DNA from: Bdellovibrionales bacterium
GTDB lineage: Bacteria; Bdellovibrionota; Bdellovibrionia; Bdellovibrionales; Bdellovibrionaceae
Assembly: GCA_031370005.1 (NCBI GenBank)
Contig: JANMPT010000043.1
Span: 32,001-96,000 of the forward strand
Direction: 5' to 3'
DNA length: 64,000 bases
Shown here: piece after piece, positions 49,865-57,372 of the stretch
Layout: every line of letters starts with the position of its first letter
Numbering within the stretch: the stretch's first letter is position 1
Notes under the pieces: model-generated
Told to the model about the DNA's origin: nothing
The model's database searches: none
What the model saw: the letters and a program-made list of their open reading frames with translations, nothing else
Program-made: the position numbers and the translations under genes

Positions 49865-49898
49865 AAGTAGCCCCCTTATTTATTGTTACCTATGACAA

Positions 49899-49914
49899 AG
49901 CAAAAGACGGGCCG
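49899..49914 (-). promoter_or_regulatory. sigma54-type promoter
   Basis: Minus strand reads CGGCCCGTCTTTTGCT (GG-N10-GC). Confidence 0.55.
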
Positions 49915-50092
49915 GCTGAGAGTCCCCTTATTTGGTTTTTAGGGCGCAAAGAGAGCCTCTTTACGTCATTTTCTGCTGCAATCTGGAGTTATTTACAAAG
50001 AGGTATTTCTGTCTTGAAATCGAGTAGAGTCGTCAGGGCGCTCAAACTAAAGAGTCTTTAGTCCAGATTTTCTCAAAAAGGGATAATCTCAC

Positions 50093-50119
50093 TTTAGGAT
50101 TTTCAAAGCATTCCGATGA
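50093..50119 (+). promoter_or_regulatory. sigma28-type promoter of the first flagellin
   Basis: TTTA-N15-TCCGATGA. Confidence 0.55.
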
Positions 50120-50209
50120 GTAAGTTAAGAGTAACTGCCCATTCAGGTGCTAAGACGGCACCCCGAGTTTCAAGGATCGAAACTTGTGAATCTTCAAGGA
50201 GGAGGAACT

Positions 50210-51058
50210 ATGGGTCTTCGTATTAATACGAATACAGCTTCGTTAAACTCACAGCGAGTACTGTGGGGAACGAAGTTAGGTCTCGATAAGAGCATGGAAA
50301 GGCTCTCTTCGGGTTTCCGCATCAACCGTGCAGGTGATGATGCCGCTGGACTAGCGATCTCTGAAAACCTCAGAGCACAAATTCGCGGTCTAAAACAATC
50401 TTCGCGAAATGCTCAAGATGGTATCTCTCTAGTCCAAGTGGCAGAGGGATCGATGAATGAGATCTCTTCGATCTTAATTCGACTCAGAGAGCTTTCTGTG
50501 CAAGCTGCTTCCGACACGGTTGGGCCCACAGAGCGACAGTTCCTTAATGTGGAGTATGATCAGCTCACGTCAGAGATTGATCGTATTGCCGAAGGGACAG
50601 AGTTCAATGGAACTCAACTGCTAGCAGGGGTTGGGTCTATCTTGGACTTCCAGGTTGGTACCAGAAATAATCCAGAAATTGATCGGATTTCTTTCGACGC
50701 GTCTAAAGCGGATGCAAGCTCTGCAGCTTTAGGGGTTAATCTGACAAGTGTCGCCGACAAGGCCTCTGCACAAAATGCTTTGGCTGCGATTGATACAGCG
50801 ATTGTATCAGTTTCTGCGATGCGAGCAGACTTTGGAGCGATTCAGAACCGTCTGACGTCCACTGTAAGTAACATTCAAGTCAGTGTAGAGAATATGTCTG
50901 CTGCAAACAGCCGTATCAAAGACGTGGATGTAGCGGAAGAGACTTCTGAAATGACTAGAAATAATATCTTGTTACAGGCCGGAACATCCGTCTTGGCACA
51001 AGCGAATCAGCAAGCAAATGTAGCACTTTCACTCTTGAACAAGTCCTTCCAAGGTTAA
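50210..51058 (+). CDS. fliC: Flagellin (short, about 282 aa)
   Basis: RINTN, RLSSGFRINRAGDDAAGLAI, QNRL and SRIKDVD motifs; strong RBS. Confidence 0.97.
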   Translation: MGLRINTNTASLNSQRVLWGTKLGLDKSMERLSSGFRINRAGDDAAGLAISENLRAQIRGLKQSSRNAQDGISLVQVAEGSMNEISSILIRLRELSVQAASDTVGPTERQFLNVEYDQLTSEIDRIAEGTEFNGTQLLAGVGSILDFQVGTRNNPEIDRISFDASKADASSAALGVNLTSVADKASAQNALAAIDTAIVSVSAMRADFGAIQNRLTSTVSNIQVSVENMSAANSRIKDVDVAEETSEMTRNNILLQAGTSVLAQANQQANVALSLLNKSFQG

Positions 51059-51077
51059 TCCATTCGGATTAACTTTT
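51054..51077 (+). terminator. Hairpin with T tract at the flagellin stop codon
   Basis: GTTAATCC-ATTC-GGATTAAC-TTTT. Confidence 0.5.
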
Positions 51078-51175
51078 GAACGACCCAGGTTCTCGATCTT
51101 GAACTTCAAGATCACCCTCAAGAGCTAAGGCTTGTTACACGAAACGTGTTGACTGTATTGATCTGTTTCCTGCGC

Positions 51176-51203
51176 ATGGGGCTGCTATGCAGCCCCATAT
51201 TTA
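51176..51203 (+). terminator. GC-rich hairpin, probable terminator
   Basis: ATGGGGCTGC-TAT-GCAGCCCCAT-ATTT. Confidence 0.55.
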
Positions 51204-51355
51204 AAAGGTCTTGTTTTTTGTCTCAAAACAGATGCATGGATGCATCTCGTGCAAGGACCCTCATCTCTTCAAAGCATAGAACGTGCTTTGCTGTCAGAAG
51301 AAATCTAAATTTTAGATTTCATTTTTTCGTTTATTTTAATTTAAAAAAACTGGAC

Positions 51356-51383
51356 TCGAGATCGCTTGAAATTATTCCGATAA
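51356..51383 (+). promoter_or_regulatory. sigma28-type promoter of the second flagellin
   Basis: TCGAG-N15-TCCGATAA. Confidence 0.6.
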
Positions 51384-51492
51384 GAGACTGGGCCCTATAC
51401 TAAATTTAAAAACAATTACAGGTACATGATGTGCCTTATTGCCAATGGATGGCAAAGATCACCGGAGGATCAAATGCAACAAGGAGGATGAT

Positions 51493-52326
51493 ATGGGTAT
51501 GAGAATTACAACGAACGTCGCTGCGCTGAATGCTCAAAAGAATTTGGGCATGACGCAAAGATCGATGAATACTTCGATGGCTCGCTTGTCTTCAGGACTG
51601 AGGATTAATCAAGCCGCCGATGATGCTGCGGGGCTCGCTATTTCTGAGAACCTAAAAGCGCAAATTCGCGGCCTTCGGCAGGCCAATAGAAATGCCAATG
51701 ATGGTATTTCTCTTGTACAAGTGGCTGAGGGTAGTTTGAACGAAGTTTCAAATATGCTAATTCGCCTAAGAGAATTGGGTGTTCAATCGGCATCTGATAC
51801 TATCGGAGATACAGAAAGAAAGTTTTTGGACGTAGAGTATCAGCAGCTAAAGTCTGAGATTCAACGCGTGACTGAGTCAACAAATTTTAATGGATACGAT
51901 TTGTTAAATGGTACTGGCGGTGTAATTGACATTCAAGTCGGCACTCACAATGATCCTTTTAAAGATCGGATTTCTTTTAATGCCGCGGCGGCAAATGCGA
52001 CGCTGGAGTCCTTGGGTCTAGTATCTGAGAGTGCTGCCACGAAAGAAGGTGCGCAACTCAGTTTGGACGTAGTTGATCAGGCGTTGGTTTCTGTGAATGC
52101 GATCCGTGCAAACTTCGGAGCCATGCAAAACCGTCTGACATCAACTTCGAATAACTTGTTGGTTTCTGATGAGAACTTATCTGCTGCGAACTCTCGTATC
52201 CGCGATACTGACGTAGCTGCAGAGACTACTGAGATGACAAGAAATAGTATTTTGCTGCAAGCTGGAATTTCGGTTCTAGGGCAAGCGAATAACTCTCAGC
52301 AGATGGCATTGAAGTTGTTAGGATAA
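51493..52326 (+). CDS. fliC: Flagellin (short, about 277 aa)
   Basis: RLSSGLRINQAADDAAGLAI, QNRL and SRIRDTD motifs; AAGGAGG RBS. Confidence 0.97.
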   Translation: MGMRITTNVAALNAQKNLGMTQRSMNTSMARLSSGLRINQAADDAAGLAISENLKAQIRGLRQANRNANDGISLVQVAEGSLNEVSNMLIRLRELGVQSASDTIGDTERKFLDVEYQQLKSEIQRVTESTNFNGYDLLNGTGGVIDIQVGTHNDPFKDRISFNAAAANATLESLGLVSESAATKEGAQLSLDVVDQALVSVNAIRANFGAMQNRLTSTSNNLLVSDENLSAANSRIRDTDVAAETTEMTRNSILLQAGISVLGQANNSQQMALKLLG

Positions 52327-52345
52327 TAAATCAGCAGCGATTCTG

Positions 52346-52375
52346 GAAGGGCCATGGAGCACCATGGCCCTTTTT
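52346..52375. terminator. Intrinsic terminator after the second flagellin
   Basis: AAGGGCCATGG-AGCA-CCATGGCCCTTTTT. Confidence 0.8.
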
Positions 52376-53185
52376 CTAAGGAAGCGTGTTGATACTTTGA
52401 TTTGGAAGATTAGGAAAATCACGGTTTTCCAATACGGCTTTTGCCAAAGGGCCGTTGATTTTATAAAACCGAAGGTGAGTATTTTTGTCACCAAGACCAA
52501 TTTTTGTAAACGGATTTTCATTGTCCCTCCAGCTGAAGTAGCCAGAGAAAAAGTCAAAGCGGCCTTCCCCTACAATTGCACGGCCGGTATCGCGAACAAT
52601 AAAATACCCATTGTGTTTGCTTCCGTTTGGAAGATTTAAGCCACGCAAATTTGGGATATAAATTACATCTCCAGGTGTATAGATTTTTAAATCTGCAGCG
52701 ACGGTGTAGAAGGGATCTAAACAGGAGCTCTTCACGCCATAGCCAAACTTGCATGCGGTATTTGTTGTTTCAAAAAAATGATCTTGGCCGTTTACGCGGT
52801 TGGCGATATTAAAGGCGCGAAGTTTTGTTTTTTGGACAATGGCACAAGATCCTTGCAGAGCGCACTCCTCATAAGTTCGCGAACAAACTTGCGCTAAAAC
52901 AGCGCCATTAGTAGCAAGGAGATTTTTTTTTGTGCCACAGAGATTTTCGTCTTCATTAAAAATTGGAAAATAATAGATTGTAGGCTTAATTACTCCAGAA
53001 GAAACAACACTGCTGTTTAGTTTACCTGCAGCCTTGTCTTCAACCATTGCAAAGCCTACAGTGTCTGCTGTGCTCGACGTCAATTGTAGTGTTGGCTTAT
53101 TAAATCCCTTTTGACCACAGGCGGTTAAACCCCCAAGCAGAGCAAGTAGGATCATTCTTATTTTTAAGTTTTTTTTGAGTGTCAC
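52376..53185 (-). CDS. 3D-domain (MltA-like) lipoprotein
   Basis: Lipobox LTAC; TVAAD, DTG and RFDFFSG supply the three Asp residues. Confidence 0.75.
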   Translation of the reverse strand: MTLKKNLKIRMILLALLGGLTACGQKGFNKPTLQLTSSTADTVGFAMVEDKAAGKLNSSVVSSGVIKPTIYYFPIFNEDENLCGTKKNLLATNGAVLAQVCSRTYEECALQGSCAIVQKTKLRAFNIANRVNGQDHFFETTNTACKFGYGVKSSCLDPFYTVAADLKIYTPGDVIYIPNLRGLNLPNGSKHNGYFIVRDTGRAIVGEGRFDFFSGYFSWRDNENPFTKIGLGDKNTHLRFYKINGPLAKAVLENRDFPNLPNQSINTLP

Positions 53186-53329
53186 CTGTCATGCTCCTAG
53201 GTTAAGTCTTTACCTACTTTAGCAAAAAAAAGTGAATGTGCAGGCTTAAACTCATGAGTATGAAAAGAAGAAAAATCAGTGACAAAATTGAGCCCGTCAT
53301 AGGCTTTGGTTTGCCAATGCATGCTGAGA

Positions 53330-54802
53330 TCAACTGTAGGTGGTGTTTCTAAGTAAAAAGGCATCCGCAGCTTTCCAGAGCTGTTCTTTTTGTTCTGAAG
53401 GCAAATGCAGTAGTTTTTTAACAACAACCGCCAGTTTTGGTCTTTTATTGAAGAAATCCTGGTGCTTATCGACAAAGCGCCAATACAACCCATCGACCTC
53501 TTGGCACCACTCACCCTTTGTGTAGGTGCTAATTTTGAGCCAATAATTCGATCGGTAGAGATGAGGCCCAATGCCATTGATGTTAGGGCTCATAGCCCAG
53601 GGCGTGGCGTCCAAGTGCATTTCCATAAACCAGCGACGAGCCTCAGCGGGGTTTATCTCCGCGAGGTTCATCATATTGCCGAGGACTTTAAGCCTTTCCG
53701 TGTGATGATTGTATGAAAGCCGAATGGCTTTTTTAATAGCATCATCAAGGGGTGGAACTTTTGTTTTACCCAGATACCAGTTTTCGTTAGGGATTCGATT
53801 GTGTTTCCAGAAATTACTTTGCTCTTGGTGCTCGTGAAAGTTTTGATAAATACCATGCACGTACTCACGGTACCCGATGATTTTTTTTATAAAACGTTCA
53901 AGCGAGTTCAGCGGAACTGGCTTTTCAGAAGAATAGCTCAGCACAGTCTCAAGAATTTCGCTGGGCGTGAGCAGTCCTACGTTCAGTGAGGGAGAAAGAA
54001 CAGAGTGAAAAAGGAAGTCTTGATGTGGGCAAAGGGCGTCCTCATAGGGGCCATACTCTGCCAAACGATATTTACAAAAATCCATCAGAGCCTCGTGGGT
54101 CGCCTTCCGACTGGTTGGATACCAAGCAGTGATCGCCTCGCCGCGGTGATCTGAGAATTCTTTGTCGACTAGAAGAATGACCTTATGATCAATTTCGTCA
54201 TGGCCAGGGAATGGAAATTTCGGAGCGCCGCTTTCATGAGACCACTTAAGGCGGGCTTCGTCGTCAAAACTAAATTGCCCGCCAACAGGCTCGCCACTTG
54301 GCTCCATTAAAATATTTAATTTACTACGTTGATCTTCGTAAAAGCTTTTTAGAAAGGGGCGCGAGTGCTGCTCTAAGTAGCTTTTAAAGTCAATTCGTGA
54401 AACTAAAAACTGTGGGCTTGCTTTGATTTCAAGTTCATAGCCATTTAAGTCGCAAAATTTGCGAATCCGCTTTTCAAAAGCGCCATCTTCGATTTCGAAG
54501 CTAACGATTTTATCCAGAGAACTTTCCTTGAGGACTTTTTCTAAAATCTTTTCGTAAGAAAGCCCTTTGGTATCCGGGAGCTCTAAATAGATCAAGTTGT
54601 AGTCGTAGTGGCGAACCTCATGAGCATAATGCCTCATCGCAGAGAGATAAAATACCAGGCGATGTTTGTGAAATTTATAGGACTCTAGTTGCTCGCGATC
54701 TTCGATCATTAAAAAAAGGTCATTTTCATGTCCTTTGAGGTAAGTTGTTGGAAATAAATGTCCGTTTTGAATGAGGAAAAGGCTTTTTGATCCATTCTTC
54801 AT
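53330..54802 (-). CDS. Divergent cryptochrome/photolyase-related protein (FeS-BCP/DPRP clade, lacking the FeS Cys set)
   Basis: HK.RL...SAMRHYA, GGQFSFD, LFHSVLS..LNVGLL.P, HHTERL and DGLYWRF motifs. Confidence 0.75.
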   Translation of the reverse strand: MKNGSKSLFLIQNGHLFPTTYLKGHENDLFLMIEDREQLESYKFHKHRLVFYLSAMRHYAHEVRHYDYNLIYLELPDTKGLSYEKILEKVLKESSLDKIVSFEIEDGAFEKRIRKFCDLNGYELEIKASPQFLVSRIDFKSYLEQHSRPFLKSFYEDQRSKLNILMEPSGEPVGGQFSFDDEARLKWSHESGAPKFPFPGHDEIDHKVILLVDKEFSDHRGEAITAWYPTSRKATHEALMDFCKYRLAEYGPYEDALCPHQDFLFHSVLSPSLNVGLLTPSEILETVLSYSSEKPVPLNSLERFIKKIIGYREYVHGIYQNFHEHQEQSNFWKHNRIPNENWYLGKTKVPPLDDAIKKAIRLSYNHHTERLKVLGNMMNLAEINPAEARRWFMEMHLDATPWAMSPNINGIGPHLYRSNYWLKISTYTKGEWCQEVDGLYWRFVDKHQDFFNKRPKLAVVVKKLLHLPSEQKEQLWKAADAFLLRNTTYS

Positions 54803-54901
54803 AGAGTCTCCAATCCAAATTTCAAAATAACAAGGCCACCAAAAAAGACCAATTGAGATAGCGAGAACTGTCAAAAGACTGTATAAGAAGATGGTTTAGT
54901 T

Positions 54902-55687
54902 TTACTCAGCTTCTTTCGACAAGGCGGATTCAAGTTTTTCCCAGAGTATGGGGTTTAACAGCTCAGAGCCAATTAAAAATACAGGCTCATTTTCCCTCAG
55001 ACGTCCTTTGCGCGCTTCAGACGGAATACGACCAACGCCTCCAACATTATCAAACCAAGATTTGCGTATAGCTAGAGAGTTTGAAATAAACAAGAACTCA
55101 AAATTTTCAAGATCCTTCTTTTGAGCGCGGCCAAATTCAAAGGTCGAATAGACCCCGAATTTTTTATTGCTACTTACTTTTTCAAGAACTTGAGAGCCAA
55201 TTTCTAAGAGATACCGGAACTTTTGGCGCCCAGGAATTTTCGAAGTAAAAATCATGTCCAGATTGCCTGACAAGAAATTTGAATCCAATTCATTCAAATC
55301 ATAGATATCGAGACTTATTTTTTTAATCCCGATATCTTCAAAACAAACCTTCGAGGTATCGATGGCAAAGTTTGCCATGCCTTCAAGAGTTCCAATGTGA
55401 ACTTCAGCGACGGCATTATTTTGGCTGAGGCCTTGAAGTTCGGCGCCTAGGCGGCGAGTAGAGCGATCAAAAATTCCTGACATTTCAAAAGCAATCGGAG
55501 TCCAACTTGATTTTCTTTTTGCCGAACGGTCAAGAAGGATCACTTTAAAGGCCTCTTCAATCCGAGCAACAATACGTGAAAGCTGAGGTTGACTGAGCCC
55601 AACATGAACAGCGGCAGCGGAAAGATTTTTGAAGTGAATCGCTTTTGCTAAGACACTGAGCTCATAATAAAGTTGCTGCATAAACAT
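54902..55687 (-). CDS. LysR-type HTH regulator
   Basis: NLSAAAVHVGLSQPQLSRIVARIEE HTH. Confidence 0.8.
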   Translation of the reverse strand: MFMQQLYYELSVLAKAIHFKNLSAAAVHVGLSQPQLSRIVARIEEAFKVILLDRSAKRKSSWTPIAFEMSGIFDRSTRRLGAELQGLSQNNAVAEVHIGTLEGMANFAIDTSKVCFEDIGIKKISLDIYDLNELDSNFLSGNLDMIFTSKIPGRQKFRYLLEIGSQVLEKVSSNKKFGVYSTFEFGRAQKKDLENFEFLFISNSLAIRKSWFDNVGGVGRIPSEARKGRLRENEPVFLIGSELLNPILWEKLESALSKEAE

Positions 55688-55698
55688 CCCAATCGATA

Positions 55699-57372
55699 TT
55701 ATTTCTTAATATAATTAAAAAAGGCGACAATCCCTAAAACTAAGGCGATTATATACTGAACAAAACTCATGGTCGGCATGCCATTAATATGATTCTCGGT
55801 GGGTTGAATAAAAACAAAAGAGGCGCTCAGGATTAGGGCCGCAATGATCACGCCAAGAAATAACAAGTTAAAAGATATCTCAATTGATTTTTTTAAATCT
55901 TCGATCTGTGGGATATTGAGTTTAAAGGCATGGGCGGGGCTGTTAATTTTTCTTAATAGAAAGTTAGCCTGCCGGGGAAGTGCTTGAATAAAGTTCTTGG
56001 ACTCACGCATGACCAAGGACATTTCATTCAACAGTTTATTGGGATCCATTTGATGCTTCACCAATTCACTTGCCATCTCGATAGTGTATTTTAAGAAATC
56101 AAAATCAGGAGTGATTCGGCGTCCAATGCCCTCAATGGAAACAATTGATTTAAAAAACAACATTAATTCAGTTGGTAAACTCAAATGGTGGCGAGCGGCA
56201 ACTCCTGATGAAGACATAAGAAGCTTGCCAAGATTTACATTTTTAAGCGTGAGCCCGTAGTAAGGGGCGATCAGCTCACGTAGATCCTTGGCAAAAAGAT
56301 CCACATTGATTTTGTCGGTGAACGGAGCAAGATCTACATACTCATAGGCCAAGCGATCATAATCTTCTTTAGAAAGAGCTAAAAGCATATTTGCCACTGC
56401 GGCTTGTGTTTTGTTATTTAAACGGCCAACGACACCAAAATCAATCAAGCCAATTTGATTATTCGGCAGAATGAAAAAGTTGCCTGCATGAAGATCTCCA
56501 TGAAAAAGGCCGTCTGCGAAAATCATTTTCATATAAGCCCGGAGCCCTTTGCGAATCAAGGTCTGGGCGTCAATTCCATCTTGTTTTAGCGCGCCCTCTT
56601 GGCTTAAAGGGATGCCATCAAGAGCCTCGAGGGTTAAAACACGCTCAGTGGTGAGCTCCAAATATACCTTTGGAATTTTAATATCAACTTCGGCCACAAA
56701 GTTTTCTGAAAAGCGGCGAATATTGTTCGCTTCAACTATAAAGTTAGTTTCTAATTCCAAAGTTTTGAAAAATTCGTCGACGATCCCTGCGGGATTAAAT
56801 GGGCGCGTCTCAGGAACATAGGCCATCAAAAGTTCTGATAGCATATACAAAACATTTAAATCATCATTGATGGTTTGAATAATCCCAGGGCGTTGAACTT
56901 TGATGACCACGACTTCGCCAGTAGCTAGGTGGGCTTTGTGCGCCTGAGCAATACTAGCTGCGCCAAGTGGAGTTGGATCAATGAAGGAGAACTTTTGATA
57001 AAGCGTCTCTCCGAATTCTTCTTTTAGGACGCCCTCAACCACCTCGAAGGGAAGGCTTTGAACACGGTCGTGAAGCTTTTCAAACTCAAACATGTAATCT
57101 TCAGGAATGAGATCGGGGCGAGAGGCAAGGACTTGGCCCAACTTTACAAATGTGGGTCCGAGTTCCTCAAAGCTCATGCGCAGGCGTTCTGGCGTGGTGA
57201 GCTTCTCAAGTTCTGGCGAGGCGCTCAGGCGCTCTACAATGAATTTACCGAGCTTTATTTTTTCGGCGAGTCCGTGAAACCCGTGCCTTGCGAAGACCCC
57301 CACTATGATGCGGAGTCTGGCTGCGTTTTTCAGGGTCTTTCCTATCTGACTGCCTGTTTTTAGAAGGGCCAC
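55699..57372 (-). CDS. ubiB: UbiB/AarF/ABC1 atypical kinase
   Basis: LGPTFVKLGQ, AASIAQ, KVQRP, FHGDLHAGN and IDFG motifs; C-terminal TM helices; GTG start with AGGAG RBS. Confidence 0.88.
   Translation of the reverse strand: MALLKTGSQIGKTLKNAARLRIIVGVFARHGFHGLAEKIKLGKFIVERLSASPELEKLTTPERLRMSFEELGPTFVKLGQVLASRPDLIPEDYMFEFEKLHDRVQSLPFEVVEGVLKEEFGETLYQKFSFIDPTPLGAASIAQAHKAHLATGEVVVIKVQRPGIIQTINDDLNVLYMLSELLMAYVPETRPFNPAGIVDEFFKTLELETNFIVEANNIRRFSENFVAEVDIKIPKVYLELTTERVLTLEALDGIPLSQEGALKQDGIDAQTLIRKGLRAYMKMIFADGLFHGDLHAGNFFILPNNQIGLIDFGVVGRLNNKTQAAVANMLLALSKEDYDRLAYEYVDLAPFTDKINVDLFAKDLRELIAPYYGLTLKNVNLGKLLMSSSGVAARHHLSLPTELMLFFKSIVSIEGIGRRITPDFDFLKYTIEMASELVKHQMDPNKLLNEMSLVMRESKNFIQALPRQANFLLRKINSPAHAFKLNIPQIEDLKKSIEISFNLLFLGVIIAALILSASFVFIQPTENHINGMPTMSFVQYIIALVLGIVAFFNYIKK

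Noticed and set aside
51146..51403. 85-aa ORF between the flagellins
   Set aside because: No RBS, runs through hairpins and the sigma28 promoter, and has a non-protein-like composition.
49865..51492. c-di-GMP/cGAMP (GEMM-I) riboswitch near the flagellins
   Set aside because: A GAAA-containing stem exists at 51137-51149, but I could not find the GGCAAA...GACGCAAAG core on either strand. An Infernal scan would be decisive.
53197..53577. 126-aa ORF overlapping the photolyase 3' end, as a possible frameshift product
   Set aside because: The main frame already carries the expected C-terminal GLYWRF region and terminal helix.
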